In this document: piece after piece, positions 55,900 through 64,000 of the stretch | Numbering within the stretch: the first letter of the stretch is position 1 | How the letters are laid out: every line of letters starts with the position of its first letter | DNA from: Clostridiales bacterium | GTDB lineage: Bacteria > Bacillota > Clostridia > Christensenellales > Aristaeellaceae | DNA length: 64,000 nucleotides | NCBI GenBank assembly: GCA_015056125.1 | Contig: SVGW01000003.1 | Coordinates: 353 to 64,352, forward strand | Direction of reading: 5' to 3' | Notes under the pieces: generated by a model | What the model saw: only the letters and a program-made list of their open reading frames with translations | Told to the model about the DNA's origin: nothing | The model's database searches: none | Translations under genes and position numbers: made by a program

Positions 55900-57297
55900 T
55901 TAAGCGGATTCGGAAGTGCTTTGCTCCCGGCGAATGCCTGTTTTATCCTTGCGCCAGCGACCGGAAAGGACAAACCAGATGCCCAAACTCACGCCGCAAA
56001 GGGAAGCTGCAGGGCCGGCCATGCCAACGCCCACCAGTCCCCAGTTGAGCACGGAGCCAAAGATCAGCGCAACGGGAATACGAAGGAGCAGAGAAGACAG
56101 GGCGCTGGAAAGGAGGGTGAAGGTAGTGTAGCCTGCGCCCAGGATCAAGCCGTTGCAGCAGAACTGGATGGGCACCAGGAGATATTCAAAGCTAAAGGAA
56201 CGCATATATTCCACGCCCTTGGCAATGGTTTCCGGGTTCTGATCAAAGAGGGAAATGATCTGGCCGGGGAAGATTTGCACGGTTACAAACACCGCGATGC
56301 CCAGGGTCATGGCAATCACAAGGCCCACAGCCATGGATTTTTTCGCCCGATCATGAAGGCCGGCGCCGATATTTTGGGCGGCGAAGGCGCTGATGGAGGA
56401 GGACATGGCAACCGCAGGCAAAATGGCAAAGGAATTGAACTTGCCCACCACGCCCACAGCGGCAGAGGCAATATAGCCGCCGATGCTGTTGACCAGGGTG
56501 GTCATGACCAGGAAGGAGATATTCACGATGATGCTCTGCACAGAGGAAGGAATACCCAATTTAATCATCATGGCCATCTTTTCTCTGTGGATTTTAAAGG
56601 AGCGAAGCTTGAAATCGAAAATGAAGCGGGAACGGGCCAGATAAAATACGGCTATGATAAAGCTGATGGCCTGGGCAGCTACGGTGGCCCAGGCAGCGCC
56701 GGCAGCGCCCATGCCAATGCCCTTTACCAGCCACATATCCAGTACGATATTGACAACGCAGGCGATGGTGACAAAATACAGGGGACGAATGGAATCCCCA
56801 AGGCCCCGTTGGATGGAACTGACGGCGTTATAACCAAAGATAAAGAGGGTGCCGGAGAGGCAGATATTCAAATAGCTCTGGGCATGCTTAAAGGATTCCT
56901 GAGGGCAGTTGAGCAATCGAAGAAGGGGAGCGGAAAGGGCGATCATGATCACGGTCAAGGCAGCGCCGGCAATCAGCAGCATGGTAAACATGGTTCCCAC
57001 CGTTTCGGAGGCCTCTTTTTGCTTTCTCGCGCCCACGTACTGCCCCACCAGCACCGTGCCGGCCACGGTAAGGCCGCTGATCATCATGGCCACCAGATGG
57101 GTGATTTGGCTGCCGATATTCACGCCGGACAAAATGGCCGTACGAACCGCGGCGTCACTGTGGGAAAAATTGCCCACCACCAGCATATCCACCGCGCCGT
57201 AAAGGGCCTGGAGAATATTGGACAAAAGGAAGGGCATGGCGAATGTGATCAGCCCCTTGGCGATGGGGCCCTGGGTAAAATCTCTGTTTTTGCTCAT
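55900..57297 (-). CDS. MATE-family efflux transporter
   Basis: The start MSKNRDFTQGPIAKGLITFAMPFLLSNILQALY follows AAGAGGA with a 7-nt spacing. The track's start at 57315 is a TTG. Confidence 0.85.
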   Translation of the reverse strand: MSKNRDFTQGPIAKGLITFAMPFLLSNILQALYGAVDMLVVGNFSHSDAAVRTAILSGVNIGSQITHLVAMMISGLTVAGTVLVGQYVGARKQKEASETVGTMFTMLLIAGAALTVIMIALSAPLLRLLNCPQESFKHAQSYLNICLSGTLFIFGYNAVSSIQRGLGDSIRPLYFVTIACVVNIVLDMWLVKGIGMGAAGAAWATVAAQAISFIIAVFYLARSRFIFDFKLRSFKIHREKMAMMIKLGIPSSVQSIIVNISFLVMTTLVNSIGGYIASAAVGVVGKFNSFAILPAVAMSSSISAFAAQNIGAGLHDRAKKSMAVGLVIAMTLGIAVFVTVQIFPGQIISLFDQNPETIAKGVEYMRSFSFEYLLVPIQFCCNGLILGAGYTTFTLLSSALSSLLLRIPVALIFGSVLNWGLVGVGMAGPAASLCGVSLGIWFVLSGRWRKDKTGIRREQSTSESA

Positions 57298-57651
57298 AGG
57301 GAGATCCTCTTTCAAATATGATATATAGGGAATGAATCTATATAGTAACCTGAAACGCGAAAAAAGACAATGAATTTTTTGTTAAATTTAGTTGGAGGGG
57401 GAACGTTTGCTTCCTCGAGGCGCAGCGTGTACGGCCACGGGAGCATGCCTGTATAAAGGCCAGAATTTACATGGCGGGGAAAATTCGTCCCATATAAAGC
57501 ATGATTATACAGAAAAAACAGCATTTTTCTTTCTGTTTCGGGCTCTTTTTTTAAAAAATATACGTGCATTTCAACACAAAATGTGTTATTATAGATGCTG
57601 GTAATATCGAGTTTGTCTCGATTTGAATATTAAAGGAGGTCTTATACTGTC

Positions 57652-58128
57652 ATGCCGGACATGAAAGACAAGTACGAACAGCTCCAACAGGTCATTGAAG
57701 AGCTCAAGGATCAGCCTGGCGCGCTGATGCCTGTGCTGCAGAAGGCCCAGGGTATCTTCGGCTGCGTCCCCATGGATGTGCAGAAGATCGTCGCTGAGGG
57801 CCTTGGCGTTACGCTGAGCGAAGTTTACGGCGTTGCCACCTTCTATGCTCAGTTCACCCTGGAGCCCAGCGGCAAGTACGTGATCAGCGTGTGCCTGGGC
57901 ACTGCCTGCTATGTAAAGGGCGCCCAGAAGGTGCTGGACAAGATCAGCGAAGTGCTGGAAACCCCCATTGGCAAGACCACGAAGGATGGCCTCTTCACCA
58001 TCAACCCCACCCGCTGCCTGGGTGCCTGCGGTCTGGCTCCTGTTATGACTGTGAACGATGAAGTTTACGGTCGTCTGACTCCCGATGATATCCCTGGCAT
58101 CATTGCCAAGTATCGGGAACTGGGCTAA
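57652..58128 (+). CDS. hydC: NuoE-like [2Fe-2S] subunit of a multimeric [FeFe]-hydrogenase (HydC/HndA-like)
   Basis: It has a thioredoxin-like [2Fe-2S] pattern (VCLGTACYVKG ... RCLGACGLAPV). This is the first gene of the operon. Confidence 0.85.
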   Translation: MPDMKDKYEQLQQVIEELKDQPGALMPVLQKAQGIFGCVPMDVQKIVAEGLGVTLSEVYGVATFYAQFTLEPSGKYVISVCLGTACYVKGAQKVLDKISEVLETPIGKTTKDGLFTINPTRCLGACGLAPVMTVNDEVYGRLTPDDIPGIIAKYRELG

Positions 58129-58131
58129 GCC

Positions 58132-58686
58132 ATGCGTGATCTATCCCTGCATATTCTGGATCTGGCGCAAAACAGCGTAAGAGCGGAAGCAAAGCTGGTT
58201 TCTCTCTCCGTGCTGCTGGATGAAAAGGGCATGCTTTCCATCATTATTGAAGATGACGGAAGCGGCATGAGCGAGGAATTGCTCAGCCGGGTGCAAAGCC
58301 CCTTTGCCACCACCAGAACCACCAGGAAGGTGGGCCTTGGCATTCCTATGATGGCGGAAAACTGCCGCCTGGCCGGGGGAAACCTTTCTCTTGAAAGCAC
58401 CCTTGGCAAAGGCACAAAGTTGACTGCCACCATGGATACGAAATCCATTGATTGCCTGCCTCTTGGGGATCTTGCCGGCACGGTGACCACGCTGGTATCG
58501 GCCAATCCCGAAAAGCCTGATTTTTTACTGCATTGCCAATCTCCCCGGGGAGAGATGCAGTTTGACACCCGGGAAATCAGAGCGGCATTGCAGGGCGTAT
58601 CTCTTGGCGAACCCGAAATCGCTGCATGGATGATGGAATCTTTGCAGGAAGAAATTCAACCAATCTTTGGAGGTGTCACCTTATGA
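58132..58686 (+). CDS. Stand-alone GHKL (histidine-kinase-like) ATPase domain protein
   Basis: It has an N-box-like LDLAQNSVRA, a G1-like EDDGSGM and a G2-like GLGIPMMAE...GKGT. There is no DHp/His phosphotransfer domain and no TM segment. The gene is embedded between hydrogenase subunit genes. Confidence 0.7.
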   Translation: MRDLSLHILDLAQNSVRAEAKLVSLSVLLDEKGMLSIIIEDDGSGMSEELLSRVQSPFATTRTTRKVGLGIPMMAENCRLAGGNLSLESTLGKGTKLTATMDTKSIDCLPLGDLAGTVTTLVSANPEKPDFLLHCQSPRGEMQFDTREIRAALQGVSLGEPEIAAWMMESLQEEIQPIFGGVTL

Positions 58687-59060
58687 AATCTCTGGCTGAA
58701 TTGGAAGCCATCCGTCAGAAGACCCTCAGCCGCATCAACCTGCGCAAGGAAGACGAAAGCGAAGCGATCCGCGTAGTGGTTGGTATGGCTACCTGCGGCA
58801 TCGCCGCCGGCGCCCGCCCCGTGATGCTGGCCTTCATGGACGAAATCAGCAAGCGCAACCTGAGCCATGCCACCGTATCCCAGACCGGCTGCATCGGCAT
58901 GTGCCGCCTGGAGCCCATGGTGGACGTTTATCTGCCTGGCAAGGAAAAGGTTACCTACGTGCATATGACCCCTGAAAAGGTGGGCCGTGTTGTTGCCGAG
59001 CATATCGTCAATGGCCGTGTGGTGGAAGAATACACCATCGGCGCCACTGAGGATAAATAA
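58683..59060 (+). CDS. Small thioredoxin-like [2Fe-2S] ferredoxin subunit (HndB-like)
   Basis: The start MKSLAELEAIRQK follows GGAGGTG and overlaps the previous stop. The Cys pattern is MATCGIAAG ... GCIGMCRLEP. Confidence 0.75.
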   Translation: MKSLAELEAIRQKTLSRINLRKEDESEAIRVVVGMATCGIAAGARPVMLAFMDEISKRNLSHATVSQTGCIGMCRLEPMVDVYLPGKEKVTYVHMTPEKVGRVVAEHIVNGRVVEEYTIGATEDK

Positions 59061-59087
59061 GCATACCGCTATTAGGAGGAATTGCCC

Positions 59088-60884
59088 ATGGATATCTATC
59101 GCGCACATGTGCTCTGCTGCGGCGGTACCGGCTGTACCTCTTCCGGTTCTGCGCAGATTATCGAGCGCTTTGAAGAAAAACTGAAGGAAAACGGCCTTGA
59201 AAAGGAAGTCAAGGTTATCCGCACTGGCTGCTTTGGTCTTTGCGAAGCCGGCCCTGTTGTTATCGTGTATCCCGAAGGCACGTTCTATTCCCGCGTAAAG
59301 CCCGAAGACGTGGATGAAATCGTGACTGAGCACCTGCTCAAGGGCCGCAAGGTTCAGCATCTGGTGTATTCCGATCATGCCACCCACGAACAGAACGCCA
59401 ACAAGAGCCTCAACGACATCAATTTCTATAAGCATCAGCATCGTCTCGCCCTGCGTAACTGCGGCGTGATCGATCCTGAAAACATTGATGAATACCTGGC
59501 TTTCGATGGTTACAAGGCCCTGGAAAAGGCCCTGACCAAGATGACCCGGGAAGAAGTAATCGATGAAATCCTCAAGTCCGGCCTGCGCGGTCGTGGCGGC
59601 GGCGGTTTCCCCACCGGCCTTAAGTGGAAGTTCACCTACAATTCCCAGGCCGATCAGAAGTATGTGGCCTGCAACGCTGACGAGGGCGACCCCGGCGCGT
59701 TCATGGACCGCTCCATCCTGGAAGGCGACCCCCATGCCGTGATCGAAGCCATGGCCATCGCCGGCTATGCCATCGGCGCTTCCGAGGGCTATGTGTATGT
59801 TCGTGCTGAATATCCCATCGCCGTAAAGCGTCTGCAGATCGCTATCGACCAGGCCAAGGAATATGGATTGCTGGGCGAAAATATCTTTGGCACCGGCTTC
59901 AAGTTCAACATGTTCATCCGTCTGGGCGCCGGCGCCTTCGTGTGCGGCGAAGAAACCGCTCTGATGCGCTCTATCGAGGGCAAGCGCGGTGAGCCCACTC
60001 CCCGTCCTCCCTTCCCCGCCGTGAAGGGCCTCTTTGCCAAGCCCACCATGCTCAACAACGTGGAAACCTATGCCAACGTGCCCCAGATCATCCTGAAAGG
60101 CGCCGATTGGTTTGCTTCCATGGGCACCGAAAAGAGCAAGGGCACCAAGGTATTCGCTCTGGGCGGCAAGATCAACAATACCGGTCTGGTAGAAGTTGAA
60201 ATGGGCACCCCCCTCCGTTCCATCATTTATGATATCGGCGGCGGCATTCCCAACGGCAAGAAGTTCAAGGCTGTGCAGACCGGCGGTCCTTCCGGCGGCT
60301 GTCTCCCCGCTGAACTGCTGGATACCCCCGTGGACTATGACAACCTGATCGCTGCTGGCTCCATGATGGGCTCCGGCGGTATGATCGTTATGGACGAAGA
60401 CAACTGCATGGTTGACATCGCCCGCTTCTTCCTGGATTTCACCGTGGACGAGAGCTGCGGTAAGTGCGCGCCCTGCCGTATCGGCACCCGGCGCATGCTG
60501 GAAATCCTGGAGCGCATCGTGGAAGGCAAGGGTGAAGAAGGCGACATCGAAAAGCTGGAAAACCTGGCCCACACCATCAAGGCTACCGCTCTGTGCGGCC
60601 TGGGCCAGACTGCTCCCAACCCCGTGCTGTCCACCCTTAAGTTCTTCCGTCATGAATATGAAGCCCATATCCGTGACAAGAAGTGCCCCGCGCATCACTG
60701 CCAGAAGCTGCTCCAGTATGTGATCACTGATAAGTGCCGTGGCTGCACCGCCTGCGCTCGCATCTGCCCCGCTGGCGCCATCTCCGGCAATGTGAAGGAA
60801 ATGCATACTATCGATACCGCCAAGTGCCTCAAGTGCGGCGCCTGCATTGAGAAGTGCCGCTTTGGCGCGATCATCAAAGTCTGA
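59088..60884 (+). CDS. hydB: NuoF-like NAD(P)H-binding flavoprotein subunit (HydB/HndC-like)
   Basis: It has an N-terminal [2Fe-2S] region (CCGGTGC...GCFGLCEAGP), FMN/NADH-binding GRGGGGFPTGLKW, ESCGKCAPCR, and two C-terminal 4Fe-4S ferredoxin motifs. Confidence 0.9.
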   Translation: MDIYRAHVLCCGGTGCTSSGSAQIIERFEEKLKENGLEKEVKVIRTGCFGLCEAGPVVIVYPEGTFYSRVKPEDVDEIVTEHLLKGRKVQHLVYSDHATHEQNANKSLNDINFYKHQHRLALRNCGVIDPENIDEYLAFDGYKALEKALTKMTREEVIDEILKSGLRGRGGGGFPTGLKWKFTYNSQADQKYVACNADEGDPGAFMDRSILEGDPHAVIEAMAIAGYAIGASEGYVYVRAEYPIAVKRLQIAIDQAKEYGLLGENIFGTGFKFNMFIRLGAGAFVCGEETALMRSIEGKRGEPTPRPPFPAVKGLFAKPTMLNNVETYANVPQIILKGADWFASMGTEKSKGTKVFALGGKINNTGLVEVEMGTPLRSIIYDIGGGIPNGKKFKAVQTGGPSGGCLPAELLDTPVDYDNLIAAGSMMGSGGMIVMDEDNCMVDIARFFLDFTVDESCGKCAPCRIGTRRMLEILERIVEGKGEEGDIEKLENLAHTIKATALCGLGQTAPNPVLSTLKFFRHEYEAHIRDKKCPAHHCQKLLQYVITDKCRGCTACARICPAGAISGNVKEMHTIDTAKCLKCGACIEKCRFGAIIKV

Positions 60885-60907
60885 TTCGTGCAAGGAGGAA
60901 AAATTAC

Positions 60908-62656
60908 ATGGAAAACTTCATCACCCTTACGATTGACGGCGTAAAGGTTGAGGTGCCTGCCGGCACGACCGTTTTGGAGGCCGCGAAGAAGGCTGGTATC
61001 AACATCCCCACGCTGTGCTATCTGAAAGACGTTAATGCTATCGGTGCCTGCCGTATGTGCGTGGTAGAAGCCGGCGGCCGTGCTCTGCAGGCTGCCTGCG
61101 TGCTGCCCGCCACCGAAGGCATGGTCGTCAAGACCAATACCCCCGCCATCCGCGAACATCGCAAGACCCTGCTTGAACTGGTTCTTTCCAACCACGACAA
61201 GAAGTGCCTTACCTGCACCCGCAGCCAGAACTGCGAACTGCAGAAGCTGTGCCGCGATCTGGGCGTGGAAAACGGCGATCGCTTTGCCGGTGCGCAGAAT
61301 GAATATGCCATCGACGATGCCTCTCCCTCCATCGTCCGCGACAACAACAAGTGCATCCTGTGCCGCCGCTGCGTGGCCACCTGCGCGAAGATCCAGAACG
61401 TGGGCGTGATCGGCGCCGTGAACCGCGGCTTCACCACCTCCATCGAATCTCCCTGGAACCTCAAGCTCAACGACATGGCCTGCATCAACTGCGGCCAGTG
61501 CATCACCGCCTGCCCCGTGGGCGCCCTGTATGAAAAGGACGAAACCAAGCAGGTGTGGGATCTGATCGCTGATCCTGCCAAGCATGTGGTGGTTCAGCCC
61601 GCTCCCGCTGTGCGCGCTGCTCTGGGCGAAGAATTTGGCATGCCTATCGGCACCTGCGTCACCGGTAAGATGGCTGCTGCTCTGCGCCGTCTGGGCTTTG
61701 ACAAGGTGTTTGACACCGATTTCGCTGCTGACCTGACCATCATGGAAGAAGGCACCGAGCTGATCAATCGCGTTCAGAACGGCGGCGTGCTGCCTATGAT
61801 CACCAGCTGCTCTCCCGGCTGGATCAAGTTCTGCGAAACCTACTATCCCGAATTCATTCCCAACCTGTCCAGCTGCAAATCTCCTCATGAGATGATGGGT
61901 GCCGTGGTGAAGAGCTACTATGCCCAGAAAGCCGGCATCGATCCCAAGGATATTGCGGTTGTATCCGTGATGCCCTGCACCGCCAAGAAGTTTGAAGCGG
62001 ATCGCGAAGAACTCTCTGGCACCGGTTACCCCGATGTGGACGCCGTTATCACCACCCGTGAGCTGGCCCACATGATCAAGGAAGCCGGTATCGACTTTGT
62101 GAACCTGCCTGATGAAGACTTTGACGATCTGCTGGGCGAATCCACCGGCGCTGGCGTTATCTTTGGCGCCACCGGCGGCGTAATGGAAGCTGCTCTGCGC
62201 ACCGCCTATGCTTTGATCACCGGCAAGGAACTGGAAAATGTGGACTTCAACGCTGTGCGCGGCGTGGAAGGCATCAAGGAAGCCACCGTGAAGGTGGGCG
62301 ACCTGGATGTGAGCGTGGCTGTGGCCCATGGCACCGGCAACGCTTCCAAGCTGCTGGATATGATCAAGTCCGGCGAAAAGAACTACACCTTCATCGAAGT
62401 GATGGGCTGCCCCGGCGGCTGCGTCACGGGCGGCGGCCAGCCCATCGTGTCCGCTCAGGACAAGCTGACCTGCGATCCCAAGGTGCTCCGCGCCAAGGCT
62501 CTGTATGGCGAAGACGCCGGCAAGGCCAAGCGCAAGAGCCACGAGAACGTGGAAGTTCAGAAGCTGTATGAAGAATTCCTGGGCAAGCCCAATAGCCATA
62601 AGGCTCATGAGCTGCTCCACACCCACTACGTAAAGCGGGAAAAGTACAGCAAGTAA
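60908..62656 (+). CDS. hydA: [FeFe]-hydrogenase catalytic subunit (group A, NuoG-like N-terminus)
   Basis: H-cluster motifs TSCSPGW, MPCTAKKFE and EVMGCPGGCVTGGGQP are present, with N-terminal 2Fe-2S and 4Fe-4S clusters. The start MENFITLTIDGVKV follows AAGGAGG. Confidence 0.93.
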   Translation: MENFITLTIDGVKVEVPAGTTVLEAAKKAGINIPTLCYLKDVNAIGACRMCVVEAGGRALQAACVLPATEGMVVKTNTPAIREHRKTLLELVLSNHDKKCLTCTRSQNCELQKLCRDLGVENGDRFAGAQNEYAIDDASPSIVRDNNKCILCRRCVATCAKIQNVGVIGAVNRGFTTSIESPWNLKLNDMACINCGQCITACPVGALYEKDETKQVWDLIADPAKHVVVQPAPAVRAALGEEFGMPIGTCVTGKMAAALRRLGFDKVFDTDFAADLTIMEEGTELINRVQNGGVLPMITSCSPGWIKFCETYYPEFIPNLSSCKSPHEMMGAVVKSYYAQKAGIDPKDIAVVSVMPCTAKKFEADREELSGTGYPDVDAVITTRELAHMIKEAGIDFVNLPDEDFDDLLGESTGAGVIFGATGGVMEAALRTAYALITGKELENVDFNAVRGVEGIKEATVKVGDLDVSVAVAHGTGNASKLLDMIKSGEKNYTFIEVMGCPGGCVTGGGQPIVSAQDKLTCDPKVLRAKALYGEDAGKAKRKSHENVEVQKLYEEFLGKPNSHKAHELLHTHYVKREKYSK

Positions 62657-62667
62657 TTGTCAAATCA

Positions 62668-62703
62668 AAAGAGGACGGATGAGCAATCATCCGTCCTCTT
62701 TTA
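62668..62703 (+). terminator. Intrinsic terminator after hydA
   Basis: The hairpin is GAGGACGGATGA-GCAA-TCATCCGTCCTC followed by TTTT. Confidence 0.85.
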
Positions 62704-62714
62704 TGAGTGAAGGG

Positions 62715-64000
62715 TCAAGTTGGGGCTATCGTCCACTCAATTTCCGCTGGCACTGAAATTTGAGGTGCTTTTTCCCGATGAAGAATGCAATGAATCATGC
62801 CATATGGGGTTGGAATTTTCACATCTGCATATTCTAAACCATACAGGCATGGAGAAAGCGATATCTTCTTATATCCAGATTCTAGCATCTGAAGGCCAGT
62901 GAGCATTAATGGAAGATGATATGCCGGCGTTCCTCCCCACGCGTGGCTGTGATCAAAGGAATAGCCCTCTTCCGGTTTAATCCAGCCCTCTTGCAACCCT
63001 TTATCGCATTCTTTTACCATAGGAATCCATTTGCGAAGCAGCTGCATACCGTACTGTGGAAATAGGCCTGCTTTGATTACACCTTCCAGCATGAAATGCA
63101 TAAAATAGGGCTGAACAGGAGGCAGATCGTTTTCATCATCAATGGATATACGCGTCAGTCGCAGTACATCCTCAGACGGGCAAAGATCGTATAAGGCTGC
63201 AAGAAGATTGCCATAGCGGGAATAATGGCGCAGAGGAGGATTGGCAGGCTGCCAGCGTCCTTCTATGCCAGGAGAAGCAAGGCCATCCAGATAGAGGGCC
63301 TTTTCCTGATCGTAAAAGCAGGCGTGAAATGCTGCTTTCAGTTCCTGGGCATGACGCAGCCATATGCTCTTGTTTTGTTCCCAGCCGGAAAGTTTGGCTT
63401 TTTTGGCAATATCGCATAATTGCACGGCGGTACACAACGCCTTATAGTAAAAGGCGTTAAGCACGGTTTGCCCAAGGCATTTGGGGGGATGGTGCATGGA
63501 ATAACCTTCGATTACAGTCCAATCCACAAACATATAATCAGGCGCGTATTCCAGTATGAAGTTTTCTCCAAGATAAGTGTGAAAAAGCGCAAAGAGCTTT
63601 TCAAGGGCTTCTTTGCAGTATGAAAGCAGAGAAACATCGCCGGTAAACTGGTATATCTTCTCCAGCATCTGCACCCAAATCAGGCTGTATGTCGTATGGA
63701 ACATACGACCGTTATTATACACAAGAAAGTCTGCTGTGCGCTTCACATCCAATGCGGCCAGACGCATATCACCAAAGGTCATGGCAGTCATCAGGGCCTC
63801 GATGTGATAATCTCCTGTGCAGGCCAGCCATTCTTGGTGTCTGGGGCTATCCAGATGCAGGGACTGGCGGCAAATTTTCAGCGTCCATTTACACACATCA
63901 TATACTTTATTTAGTTCCGGGTCGCTGGTATGACATACGCCTTCCTGATGCATAGGATAATGTGAAAACAGTAAATAAGGGGATAGAACTGCACCTGAAA
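62715..64000 (-). CDS. GH78-like (alpha-L-rhamnosidase six-hairpin catalytic domain) protein; the N-terminal part lies beyond the right edge
   Basis: The reading frame stays open upstream of the track's Met at 63953 to the window end (...SGAVLSPYLLFSHYPMHQEG...). The C-terminal region resembles the (alpha/alpha)6 domain of GH78 enzymes, but the family was not verified. Confidence 0.55.
   Translation of the reverse strand, partial: SGAVLSPYLLFSHYPMHQEGVCHTSDPELNKVYDVCKWTLKICRQSLHLDSPRHQEWLACTGDYHIEALMTAMTFGDMRLAALDVKRTADFLVYNNGRMFHTTYSLIWVQMLEKIYQFTGDVSLLSYCKEALEKLFALFHTYLGENFILEYAPDYMFVDWTVIEGYSMHHPPKCLGQTVLNAFYYKALCTAVQLCDIAKKAKLSGWEQNKSIWLRHAQELKAAFHACFYDQEKALYLDGLASPGIEGRWQPANPPLRHYSRYGNLLAALYDLCPSEDVLRLTRISIDDENDLPPVQPYFMHFMLEGVIKAGLFPQYGMQLLRKWIPMVKECDKGLQEGWIKPEEGYSFDHSHAWGGTPAYHLPLMLTGLQMLESGYKKISLSPCLYGLEYADVKIPTPYGMIHCILHREKAPQISVPAEIEWTIAPT

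Noticed and set aside
57298-57511. A guanidine-I (ykkC) or other known riboswitch in front of the MATE gene.
   Set aside because: The signature blocks (CUAGGGUUCCG, GGUCCGAGAG, ACACGGCGGGA, GCCCGGGAGA) are absent. Only an isolated ACACG is present.
57573-57587. A canonical Rex operator.
   Set aside because: The half-site polarity (AACACA...TGTGTT) is inverted relative to TTGTGA-N6-TCACAA, and the spacing differs. I reported it only as a generic palindromic operator candidate.

Overview
This is a dense chromosomal window with about 60 protein genes, moderately GC-rich (GC not computed), with strong GGAGG-type RBSs. It looks like a Clostridia-class anaerobe, based on a SpoIIR-like gene and a HydABC-type [FeFe]-hydrogenase operon; the taxon is inference only. 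The content is mostly housekeeping and metabolic. Left to right: an ABC-2/GldG/DUF4340 operon (1-4537, minus); an envelope glycosylation-type cluster (GT4, GT-C-like membrane protein, GtrA, secreted protein; 6980-12891); fba; an orphan radical SAM gene; malQ; metNIQ; a CapA-family gene; glgP; an XRE-HTH repeat protein; an AraC regulator; nrdR; a zinc-ribbon gene; a PfkB kinase; a large glycosidase-like gene; queA; ruvCAB; tex; three MATE exporters; an L,D-transpeptidase; an SSS symporter; an ABC-F ATPase; secG; a five-gene bifurcating-type [FeFe]-hydrogenase operon; and a GH78-like gene truncated by the right edge. I saw no rRNA, tRNA, CRISPR array, cas genes, prophage or intact mobile element, only one decayed IS3-family remnant (50367-50984). 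I could not support any multi-gene novel protein system, and there is no defence-island signature. The signals most worth follow-up are non-coding. (1) A Met-codon-rich 23-codon leader ORF plus an intrinsic terminator sits in front of metNIQ, where an S-box or T-box would be expected. (2) A promoter-driven, multi-hairpin leader or ncRNA of about 220 nt lies upstream of a small zinc-ribbon gene next to nrdR and matches no RNA family I recognise. (3) A three-unit array with a 77-79 nt period has an extended -10-like decamer alternating with GC-rich double hairpins in a divergent promoter region. Many ORF-track entries are antisense shadow ORFs or 5'-extended versions, because the track also uses GTG/TTG starts printed as M. 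I re-picked starts using RBS position and family N-termini. All function calls rest on motif recognition by eye, not on searches.
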